From contig CALWGE010000003.1 in NCBI GenBank assembly GCA_944378225.1, positions 5,455 to 69,454 of the forward strand: 64,000 nt of DNA, read 5' to 3'. Numbering within the stretch: position 1 is the first letter of the stretch; each line of letters opens with the position of its first letter. The DNA is from an uncultured Merdimonas sp. GTDB lineage: Bacteria; Bacillota; Clostridia; Lachnospirales; Lachnospiraceae. Under the pieces are notes generated by a model, which worked only from the letters and a program-made list of their open reading frames with translations, was not told the origin of the DNA and searched no databases. A program made the translations under genes and the position numbers. Shown here one piece after another: positions 16,128 through 24,277 of this stretch.

Positions 16128-17219
16128 ATGAATTTTGAGGAAATGCTTCAGAGAACCCCCTATTCTTTTTCGAAAGAGGAAAAAGAAGCGGTGTTAACGG
16201 AGAGACTATCAGAACTTACTGAAAAGCACAGGGTATCCTGCCCTCCGTATGGAAATATATTGAGAAGCGCCGGATATGAGCGGGGAAGAATCGGCAGTTA
16301 TAAGGAACTGCCGTTCCTTCCTGTCCGTCTGTTTAAAGAACTGGAGCTGAAGAGCGTTCCGGATGACCAGATTGTAAAAACCATGACATCTTCCGGGACA
16401 ACTGGACAGGCGGTTTCAAAAATCTATCTGGATCGCGTTACATCTGCAAATCAACAGAAGGTAATGGTGAAGATAGTCTCCGATTTTACCGGAAGCAGCA
16501 GGATGCCTATGATTATACTGGATTGTCCTTCTGTGGTGAAAAACCGTCTGATGTTTTCAGCCAGAGGAGCGGGAATTCTGGGATTCTCCATTTTCGGGGC
16601 AAAAAGAATATACGCTCTGGATGACGATATGAAGCTGAATGTGGAAGGACTGAAGGCATTTCTGGATAAATACCGGGGGCAGAGAATTTTCCTGTTCGGC
16701 TTTACCTTTATGATCTGGCAGCATTTTTACAAGGAACTTGTCCGGCTGAAACAGGAAGGCATCACATTTGACCTGTCTGACGGTGTCCTGATTCATGGAG
16801 GCGGCTGGAAAAAACTTATCAGTGAAGCGGTAAGCCCGGAAGAATTTAAACGCTGTCTTACAGATGTCTGCGGTCTGAGCCATGTACATGATTATTATGG
16901 TATGGTGGAGCAGACAGGATGTATTTATATGGAATGTGAGTGCGGTCATCTGCATGCCAGTATTTTTTCCGATGTGATCATGAGGCGTCCTCTGGACTTT
17001 TCGGAATGTGAAGTTGGAGAAAAAGGAATCATTCAGGTGGTTTCCACTTTGCCCGAATCCTATCCCGGACATTCGCTGCTTACAGAGGATGAAGGAATTG
17101 TGCTGGGAGAGGATGACTGTCCCTGCGGCAGAAAAGGGAAATATTTCAAGGTGATCGGCAGGCTGAAAAATGCGGAGATACGGGGGTGCAGCGATACCTA
17201 TGCAGAAAAGTTTAGATAG
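16128..17219 (+). CDS. LuxE-like acyl-protein synthetase
   Basis: 363 aa. 'MTSSGTTGQAVSKIYLD' nucleotide-binding motif and a Cys in 'IRGCSDTYAEKFR' 11 residues from the C-terminus, the position of the acylated Cys in LuxE. Paired with a LuxC-like gene. Confidence 0.6.
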   Translation: MNFEEMLQRTPYSFSKEEKEAVLTERLSELTEKHRVSCPPYGNILRSAGYERGRIGSYKELPFLPVRLFKELELKSVPDDQIVKTMTSSGTTGQAVSKIYLDRVTSANQQKVMVKIVSDFTGSSRMPMIILDCPSVVKNRLMFSARGAGILGFSIFGAKRIYALDDDMKLNVEGLKAFLDKYRGQRIFLFGFTFMIWQHFYKELVRLKQEGITFDLSDGVLIHGGGWKKLISEAVSPEEFKRCLTDVCGLSHVHDYYGMVEQTGCIYMECECGHLHASIFSDVIMRRPLDFSECEVGEKGIIQVVSTLPESYPGHSLLTEDEGIVLGEDDCPCGRKGKYFKVIGRLKNAEIRGCSDTYAEKFR

Positions 17220-18414
17220 AGAACAGTTACAGGGAATACAGTATCTGGTGGGCAGTGAAGAAATCCTCGCGCGGCTGCCGCAGGCAAAAGCCAGAGAACC
17301 TTTTGATGAAAAAATACAGGAATTTTTAAATGCTCTTTCCAGAGCGCTGCTTTCCATGCCAGAGGCAAAATTTTATCCGGATGTTGTGACATTCGCGTTC
17401 TGGATTCGCAAATCCTCCTTAAAAAAACTGGCAGAACGTTTTGCGTCCGGGAACAGTCTGATTCAGCTGGGAAGGGGAACAGCCTTTCACATTGCCCCTT
17501 CCAATGTGGCAGTAAATTATGCATACTCCTTTGCGGCAGGTTTTATGACTGGAAACGCAAATGTGGTGCGCGTTCCGTCAAAGGATTTCCCGCAGATCGC
17601 CGTGATCAACAGGGCGGTCAATGCGGTTCTTGAGCAGTATCCGGATCAGAAGCCTTATATTTGCTTTGTGCGCTATGGGAGAGAACAGCGGATTAACGAC
17701 GTCCTTTCTGCAATCGCAGATGTCAGAATTGTCTGGGGCGGAGATAGGACCATTGCGGAGTTGAGAAAATCACCGTTAGGTCCCAGGGCATCGGAAATTA
17801 CCTTTGCAGATCGGTATTCTCTGGCCGTGATTGACAGCGATATCTATATGGCTGCGGAGAATCCGGGACGAATTGCGGATGATTTCTATAACGATACGTA
17901 CCTGACCGATCAGAATGCATGTACCAGTCCCAGAATCGTTGTATGGTATGGATCGCGGATTAGCGAGGCGAAGGAGCGTTTCTGGTCTCTTCTCCTGGAA
18001 AAGGTGCAGAAAAAATACGAATTTCAGCCAATTCAGGGAGTAAACAAACTGACAAATGTCTATCTGGCTTCAGCAGGTCACGAAGGGCTTCACGCCATTT
18101 ACTGTGGAGACAATCGTCTGGTTCGGGTCTCTCTGGAGCGTCTTTTTGAAGACCTGATGGACTTTCGGGGAGATTCCGGCTATTTTTATGAATACGACTG
18201 TCAGGATCTTCTGCAACTGCAAAACATTTGCGACGATACCCGTTGTCAGACGGTCTCCTATATCGGAGACCCCAGTATGTTCCTGCCGCTTGTAAAATCC
18301 GGCATTGCCGGAATAGATCGGATTGTTCCCATAGGCAAAACCATGGATTTTGATATGATCTGGGATGGGTATAACCTGTATGAGAGACTGACCAGGACGA
18401 TAAGCCTTATATAA
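17170..18414 (+). CDS. LuxC-like acyl-CoA/acyl-protein reductase (aldehyde-forming)
   Basis: 414 aa (404 aa if the start is ATG 17200). ALDH-superfamily-like with the candidate catalytic Cys in 'YLTDQNACTSPRIVVW'. Overlaps the LuxE-like stop by 20-50 nt. Confidence 0.6.
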   Translation: MRRYGGAAIPMQKSLDREQLQGIQYLVGSEEILARLPQAKAREPFDEKIQEFLNALSRALLSMPEAKFYPDVVTFAFWIRKSSLKKLAERFASGNSLIQLGRGTAFHIAPSNVAVNYAYSFAAGFMTGNANVVRVPSKDFPQIAVINRAVNAVLEQYPDQKPYICFVRYGREQRINDVLSAIADVRIVWGGDRTIAELRKSPLGPRASEITFADRYSLAVIDSDIYMAAENPGRIADDFYNDTYLTDQNACTSPRIVVWYGSRISEAKERFWSLLLEKVQKKYEFQPIQGVNKLTNVYLASAGHEGLHAIYCGDNRLVRVSLERLFEDLMDFRGDSGYFYEYDCQDLLQLQNICDDTRCQTVSYIGDPSMFLPLVKSGIAGIDRIVPIGKTMDFDMIWDGYNLYERLTRTISLI

Positions 18415-18444
18415 AGCAGCAAGAGAAACGGAAGGTACTGTAGA

Positions 18445-19140
18445 ATGAAACTGAAAAAATGCAGGCAGGATTTTACGTGATCTGGATTCTGATTCCCCTT
18501 TTATGGGTTTTATGTATTCTGTTTTGTAATGGGTATAAATTTGAATTATCGATTCTGATGCCTGTCTGGAACGATGAAATTGAATGGCATAAATTACAAT
18601 AGGCTATTCTATGACGTCTATGTCGGAAGGATTATGGTATGAGCTGGCGATTATACTGACGGGCAGTCTGATATGGATGGAACGTCATACAGAAAAACAG
18701 ATAAGTATTCAGGAAAGGAACTATGTGCCTATATAATTCTTGCATTTCTTCTCTTGTATGTAATTCAGGTTTATTCGATTCGACGATTACAACTATCTTT
18801 AGACAAATTGCCGAAAATGGATTCTATCATGGATTTTGTTTTTTTTCTGTAAAACTTTTTCGAAATCTGCGGACTGTAGATTTATTTTCCATATTCTTTG
18901 CAGCAACGGACACTTATGGTAAACTATCTGGTTATATTTTTTCTCCTCTTGTTTGATGTTGTTAAGAACAGGGAGCACCTTATGAACAACAGGAGTTATT
19001 ATCACGAAGCGGCATATTTTATGACAGGTTTTCTGATTGGCTACTGTACTCTCTATACAGGACAGGAATTGACGCCGGGCAGGGGAATTGAGAAAGAAAA
19101 AAGAATTCTTCAGGAGGGTTTTGGCTGAATAGGGATGCAG
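18445..19140 (+). pseudogene. AT-rich spacer carrying only short broken ORFs that encode hydrophobic peptides; likely decayed membrane-protein gene(s)
   Basis: No ORF longer than 80 aa with an RBS. Consecutive + strand fragments in different frames include 'VIWILIPLLWVLCILFCNGYKFELSILMPVWNDEIEWHKLQ*', 'MTSMSEGLWYELAIILTGSLIWMERH..*', '..LFSIFFAATDTYGKLSGYIFSPLV*' and '..NYLVIFFLLLFDVVKN..YFMTGFLIGYCTLYTGQ..*'. This is the only large non-coding gap in the window. Confidence 0.35.
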
Positions 19141-19368
19141 AACGGCGGCAGAGTCCTGTAGCCACATAGGGCAATGTAGATTTCAGATATCTTGTTTTGC
19201 CGGTGGGCTATGGCTCAAATTATATGGTAGATATTCAAATCGGTGAAACAGCAGGTTATGCAGTGATAAACTAGGGAGAGGAATATACAGAAAATCTCAC
19301 AGATGGCGGATCTAGAGTTCTTCTGGAAGATGAGTGGTTTGTGGTTTTACAGAATGAGAGGCGGAGTA

Positions 19369-20550
19369 ATGGTGAAGAATGAAAAGAAAAATCTGGTTAT
19401 AACAGTTTTTTTTGCCGTATTTCTGTTTGTGATTACCTATCAGGTTATCATGGGAGCGATTAGAAATCCATACAGCGATTATCTGGGGCATGCGGAAAAC
19501 GCGGAGTTACTTCTGAATTCCGGACTTGGGGCAGTGCTACATGAAATAGGATATCCTTTATGGGCCTTACTTACTGCGGGGATCATGAAAATATCCAGAG
19601 CACCGGCTTATGAAGCTTCCGCGATTGCGGGCGGAATTCTGAATGTTCTGACCTATGCGCTGATCTACATGTATCTGATAAAAGACCATAAGGAAGAAAA
19701 ATTTTGGATTGCTGCGTTAAGCTGGCTTCTGCTTTTGGCAGGGCCGTTTTATATTCCCTGGTATAATTCAGAGATATATGCGGGGCAGGTGACGCCAAAT
19801 ATCTGGCACAATCCCACGACTATCTGTGTCCGGCCCTTTGCTTTCGTGGCTTTTCTGACGATTCTGAAACTTTTGGAAGAATATGAGGAAGAGCAGAAAA
19901 AACTTACTGTCAGGGACTGGCTTCTGCTGGCTCTTGCCCTTGTATTTTGCAATCTGGCAAAGCCCAGTTTTGTACAGATAGCTGTTCCCGGGCTGGCGGT
20001 TTATTTAATTGTTTTGCTGATTCGCACCAGAGGAAAAGCTTTTAGCTTCTGTTTTCAGACTGCGTCAGCTTTTGTGCCCTGTGTCCTCGTGATGTTATGG
20101 CAGTTGCTGGTTTCTTTTGGAACATCCAGTTCTGCGGATGGGGGAATTGAAATAGCCTGGTTTGATGTGATGGGCGCGTCATCGCCAAGTATTCCGTTTT
20201 CCATGCTGCTGAGTTATCTTTTCCCTGTTTATGTTCTCCTGACTAATATCAGAATTGTCAGGGAGCGAGACATTCAGGTGACGTTTTTTATGTGGCTTGG
20301 CGGATTCCTGGAAGCAGCCATGCTGGCGGAGACAGGCTATCGGCGTTACCATGGAAACTTTGGATGGGGATATGTGCTGGCAACCTTTCTGGTCTATGTG
20401 GTGACTTTCCGGTATTTCCTGAAGCGCAATCAGGAATACGATTATGAAAATGTAAAAGATAGAATTCTTGTTATGGGGGGCTGGGTGATTTTTTTACTGC
20501 AGTTTGCTATAGGAATTTATTATATAAGCACGTTTTTTATTCCTGTGTAA
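19369..20550 (+). CDS. Polytopic membrane protein, ArnT/GT-C-like candidate acceptor transferase
   Basis: The ORF track starts at 19303, but ATG 19369 follows GAGAGGCGGAG. About 393 aa, very hydrophobic, with a first-loop motif 'NPYSDYLGHAENAE'. Sits directly upstream of the ArnC-like, ArnE/F-like and GtrA genes. Confidence 0.55.
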   Translation: MVKNEKKNLVITVFFAVFLFVITYQVIMGAIRNPYSDYLGHAENAELLLNSGLGAVLHEIGYPLWALLTAGIMKISRAPAYEASAIAGGILNVLTYALIYMYLIKDHKEEKFWIAALSWLLLLAGPFYIPWYNSEIYAGQVTPNIWHNPTTICVRPFAFVAFLTILKLLEEYEEEQKKLTVRDWLLLALALVFCNLAKPSFVQIAVPGLAVYLIVLLIRTRGKAFSFCFQTASAFVPCVLVMLWQLLVSFGTSSSADGGIEIAWFDVMGASSPSIPFSMLLSYLFPVYVLLTNIRIVRERDIQVTFFMWLGGFLEAAMLAETGYRRYHGNFGWGYVLATFLVYVVTFRYFLKRNQEYDYENVKDRILVMGGWVIFLLQFAIGIYYISTFFIPV

Positions 20551-20574
20551 CATTCTGGTAAAGGAGAGAAGAAA

Positions 20575-21516
20575 ATGGACATATCGTTTGTGATACCATG
20601 TTATGGTTCGGAACATACCATAGAGAAGGTTGTGACTGAACTGAGGAATACTATGGCCGGAAGGCCTGAATACAGCTATGAAATTATTCTGGTCAATGAT
20701 AATTCTCCGGACCAGGTCTGGGGCGTGATTCAGAAGCTGGCGAAGACGTATGATAATATAAAAGGAATCTCACTTGCCCGTAATTTTGGTCAGCATGCGG
20801 CTCTGATGGCCGGTTACAGGAACTGTAAGGGTGAGATTGTGGTTTCCCTCGATGATGACGGACAGACTCCGGCGGACGAGGCATTCCTTCTGATTGATAA
20901 AATTAAGGAAGGGTATGATGTGGTTTACGGATATTATCCGGAAATCAGGCAGTCACATTTCCGGATATTCGGCAGCTGGGTAAATGAGAAAATGATAGAA
21001 ATACTTCTGGGAAAACCGAAAAAGCTGAAGTGTACCAGCTATTATGCGGCCAGAAGATTTATTATTGAGGAGATGCTGCGGTATAAGAATTCCTATCCTT
21101 ATGTAGGCGGACTGGTACTGCGCAGTACAAAAAATATTGGAAATGTTCCTGTACACCATCGTGCAAGAATGGAGGGAAATTCCGGATATTCCATGGGGAA
21201 ACTGCTGGCGTTGTGGTTTAACGGATTTACAGCCTTTTCTGTGAAACCGCTTCGTCTGGCTACTGTGGTAGGCTTTTTGTGCGCTGTTGCAGGTTTTATT
21301 TATGGTCTGATTATGGTTGTGCGCAAACTGATGGGATTTACTACGGTTCTGGGTTATAGCTCTCTGATTACAGTGATTCTGTTTATTGGTGGTATTATCA
21401 TGGTTTTGCTTGGAATTATAGGAGAGTATATCGGACGGATTTATATCAGTCTGAATAACGCTCCTCAGTATGTGATTCGGGAAACGATAGGAGGCAGTGA
21501 TGAGAAAACTGACTAA
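20575..21516 (+). CDS. Polyprenyl-phosphate glycosyltransferase (GT2, ArnC/GtrB-like)
   Basis: 313 aa. Motifs 'ISFVIPCYGSEHTI', 'ILVNDNSPD', 'RNFGQHAALMAG' and 'VSLDDDGQTP', plus two C-terminal TM helices ending 'GIIGEYIGRIYISLNNAPQYVIRE'. Confidence 0.8.
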   Translation: MDISFVIPCYGSEHTIEKVVTELRNTMAGRPEYSYEIILVNDNSPDQVWGVIQKLAKTYDNIKGISLARNFGQHAALMAGYRNCKGEIVVSLDDDGQTPADEAFLLIDKIKEGYDVVYGYYPEIRQSHFRIFGSWVNEKMIEILLGKPKKLKCTSYYAARRFIIEEMLRYKNSYPYVGGLVLRSTKNIGNVPVHHRARMEGNSGYSMGKLLALWFNGFTAFSVKPLRLATVVGFLCAVAGFIYGLIMVVRKLMGFTTVLGYSSLITVILFIGGIIMVLLGIIGEYIGRIYISLNNAPQYVIRETIGGSDEKTD

Positions 21517-21859
21517 ATCGGAAAAGAAGACATTTTTGGGATTGCAGCTCCTGCTGTTGTTTTATTCACTGGGCGGTATCTGTTCCAAAATGGCGGCCGG
21601 GCAGCCGTTCCTGTCTCCAAAATATATTTTATATTATGGAATGGTGCTTTTTATCCTTGCTGTTTACGCAATCGGGTGGCAGCAGGTAATTAAGAGGCTG
21701 CCGCTGATTACCGCATATGCGTCCAAGGCAGTTACCGTCATCTGGGGAGTTGTCTGGGGAATGCTTGTTTTTAAAGAAAAAATTACCGTGACTAATGTGG
21801 CAGGCGCCGTTGTAATTATTGCGGGAATTCTTTTGGTTGTGTCGGAAGAGGAGAAATAA
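21500..21859 (+). CDS. Small 4-TM DMT/SMR-like protein (ArnE/ArnF-like flippase subunit candidate)
   Basis: About 119 aa. ATG 21500 lies 5 nt after GGAGG. Hydrophobic, EamA-half-like ('AGAVVIIAGILLV'). Immediately followed by a second protein of the same kind. Confidence 0.65.
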   Translation: MRKLTKSEKKTFLGLQLLLLFYSLGGICSKMAAGQPFLSPKYILYYGMVLFILAVYAIGWQQVIKRLPLITAYASKAVTVIWGVVWGMLVFKEKITVTNVAGAVVIIAGILLVVSEEEK

Positions 21860-21860
21860 C

Positions 21861-22190
21861 ATGGGAATTGTAATCTTTCTGGGCTCTGTGCTGGTGGCTT
21901 CGATTTCCCAGATTATGCTGAAAAAGAGTGCTGATCGAAAATACGACAGATGGATAGATGAGTATCTGAATTTCAGAGTGATTTTTGCCTATGGACTGTT
22001 CTTTTTATCCAGTCTGATGACCGTTTACGCCTATAAATTTGTTCCGCTTTCTTTAGGACCCGTACTTGAGGCCAGTGGATATATTTTTGTTTCTGTTATG
22101 GGATATTTAATTCTGAAAGAGAAGATTGGAAGAAAAAAATTGCTGGGACTTATTGTGATCATAGCAGGAATTATACTTTTTAATGTGTAA
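21861..22190 (+). CDS. Small 4-TM DMT/SMR-like protein (second ArnE/ArnF-like subunit candidate)
   Basis: About 109 aa from ATG 21861, behind GGAAGAGGAG (the ORF track starts at TTG 21819). Contains 'LGLIVIIAGIILFNV'. Confidence 0.65.
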   Translation: MGIVIFLGSVLVASISQIMLKKSADRKYDRWIDEYLNFRVIFAYGLFFLSSLMTVYAYKFVPLSLGPVLEASGYIFVSVMGYLILKEKIGRKKLLGLIVIIAGIILFNV

Positions 22191-22234
22191 AGTCTGAGGT
22201 CGCAATATATTAAGAAAACGGAGATTGAGATATT

Positions 22235-22663
22235 ATGAAAAAACTATTCGCGCAGATCATCAAATTCGGAGCCGTAGGGTTCCTGTGTTTCTTTATCGAT
22301 TATGCCATCATGGTAGGCCTGACAGAATTTGCAGGAATTCCATCCTTAGTATCCAGCGGCTGTTCCTATACCATTTCTACGGTTGTAAACTATATTCTGA
22401 GTGTCACTGTCGTGTTTGACGCGGATAAAGAAGCAAACAAGATGGTACAGTTTGTTGTGTTTGTGGTTCTGAGTCTCATTGGACTCGGTATTAATCAGCT
22501 CTGCATGTGGGGCGGCACGGCATGGCTGGAGCAGCTGATGGAGCAGAGCAGGCTTCTGGCAGGCTATTCACGTTATGCTTACATGGTAGTAAAAATCTTT
22601 GCGACTGCAGTGGTAATGGTATATAATTTCATTACAAGAAAGATTTTTATCGAGAAACACTGA
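22235..22663 (+). CDS. GtrA-family membrane protein (lipid-linked sugar translocation)
   Basis: 142 aa. 'IKFGAVGFLCFFIDYAIMVGL' and a C-terminal 'VMVYNFITRKIFI' are typical of the GtrA/GtcA family. Confidence 0.8.
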   Translation: MKKLFAQIIKFGAVGFLCFFIDYAIMVGLTEFAGIPSLVSSGCSYTISTVVNYILSVTVVFDADKEANKMVQFVVFVVLSLIGLGINQLCMWGGTAWLEQLMEQSRLLAGYSRYAYMVVKIFATAVVMVYNFITRKIFIEKH

Positions 22664-22684
22664 AAAAGCGGAAAGGAGCGGAAC

Positions 22685-24277
22685 ATGCGGAATCGAAGGA
22701 CAGCTCTTGGAATCGGACTGCTCCTGCTTATCTGCGGATGTCTGCGGTTTGTGCTTTTTCCACTGAAACTGCCTGATATGGGGACACAGACTTTGAGCGG
22801 GCAGGAGGCGGAGGCATTGATGGAAAGCCGGACTGTCACAGAGGATGAACTTCTTTCAGGACTTTTATTTGCCGGAGAGGAGCTTCCGTGGGACAGGCCT
22901 TCGGGTACCTTTTATCTGCCGGTGGACATGGATGAACCTTCCTGGGAAACAGGAACGTTCCAGGCGGCAGATTCCGGCGTGAAGATCTGGCTTCTGGATA
23001 ACCCTGCCGAGGATGATAAACAGGAGGCCGTCCGGGAGGGAAAAAGCTACAGGATTCTGGCAGTGAGCAAAAACAGTTATCGGGAATATCGTATCGTATT
23101 TACCGGACTGCCTGTTCTGACCCTGGACACGGATTCAGGAGCAGAAATCCGTTATGAAGAAATCCATGGAACCATGCGTTTTTATAAAGCAGATTCCAAG
23201 ACAGACTGGGTAACTGAAAGCGTTATGAGCGCGCATATCCGGGGAGGAAGCAGCCGCCTGAATCCGAAGAAATCCTATAAGATGACGCTGTATAAAGAGA
23301 ATCAGACAGGAAGCGGGAGCCTGCGCCAGAATCAGATGTCTTTTCTTGGAATGCGGGAGGACGACGAATGGCTTCTCTATGCCATGTACAGTGAGGATAC
23401 CAAGGTACGGGATAAGCTTTCACTGGATATCTGGAATGAGTCGGGAGCTTTACAGATTGACTCAGAAGGCTTTTACGGGTATCATATGGAATATATTGAG
23501 GTTTTCCAGAATGGCGAATACTATGGAATCTACGGACTGATGGAGCCTGTGGATTATAAGCAGCTGGAACTGACAAAGGAAAATGAGGCTCAGCCGGTGG
23601 AATATCTGTACAAGCAGAAAGATCCCGGAGTCTTTGAACTGAAAGGAAGCTGGACAGAGCAGACAGAAGAAGATTTTGATATGCTGAATACATATCTGGC
23701 GTATCTGGAGGCAGATGATGTGGAATTTGCAGAAATGATGCCCCAGCTTATTAATGTGGATAATGCGCTGGATGTCTGGCTGTATCTGCAGGCAGTTATC
23801 GGCATGGATAATATAGAGAGAAACATTTTTTATCCGACTGTCTGGGAAGAGGGAGAGTACCGGATACAGTTTATGCCCTGGGACATGGATTATACCTGGG
23901 GAAATGTACATGATTTTGACGCGGGCAACCGGACACGTTTTTCAGAAGAGATTCTGACCATGCGTATTGCCTGGAAGCTTGGAGATCGTCTGATCCTTCT
24001 GAATGTGGAAGGGGCCAGGGAAAAGATAAAGGCCCGGTGGAAGGAACTGCGTCAGACGGTGTATTCGGATGAGTGGCTGACGGAACATATAGATGCGTAT
24101 GCGCACCAGGTGGTGGATTCAGGAGCCTTTGAGAGGGATGGGGTTCGCTGGGTTAACAGCGGACATAACGGTGATTATGAGAGTCTGAAGAAACTGGTCT
24201 GTGAGAGAATGGCGTTTCTGGATGAACAGTTTGAGAATCCACTGGCCTATCTGGATTTGAAGGAGTATGTAGAGTGA
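22685..24277 (+). CDS. CotH-like (atypical kinase fold) protein with N-terminal membrane anchor, copy 1
   Basis: 530 aa. Anchor 'ALGIGLLLLICGCLRFVLF'. CotH-like blocks 'IRGGSSRLNPKKSYKM', 'DDEWLLYAMYSEDTKVRDKLSLDIWNE', 'YIEVFQNGEYYGIYGLMEPVDYKQL' and 'MPWDMDYTWG'. Confidence 0.75.
   Translation: MRNRRTALGIGLLLLICGCLRFVLFPLKLPDMGTQTLSGQEAEALMESRTVTEDELLSGLLFAGEELPWDRPSGTFYLPVDMDEPSWETGTFQAADSGVKIWLLDNPAEDDKQEAVREGKSYRILAVSKNSYREYRIVFTGLPVLTLDTDSGAEIRYEEIHGTMRFYKADSKTDWVTESVMSAHIRGGSSRLNPKKSYKMTLYKENQTGSGSLRQNQMSFLGMREDDEWLLYAMYSEDTKVRDKLSLDIWNESGALQIDSEGFYGYHMEYIEVFQNGEYYGIYGLMEPVDYKQLELTKENEAQPVEYLYKQKDPGVFELKGSWTEQTEEDFDMLNTYLAYLEADDVEFAEMMPQLINVDNALDVWLYLQAVIGMDNIERNIFYPTVWEEGEYRIQFMPWDMDYTWGNVHDFDAGNRTRFSEEILTMRIAWKLGDRLILLNVEGAREKIKARWKELRQTVYSDEWLTEHIDAYAHQVVDSGAFERDGVRWVNSGHNGDYESLKKLVCERMAFLDEQFENPLAYLDLKEYVE

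Noticed and set aside
18799-19167. 122-aa - strand ORF, the longest ORF in the AT-rich spacer.
   Set aside because: It has no Shine-Dalgarno sequence upstream of its ATG. Its composition is lysine/phenylalanine-rich, as expected from random AT-rich DNA, and I recognise no family. I treat the region as decayed or non-coding, but this remains unproven.
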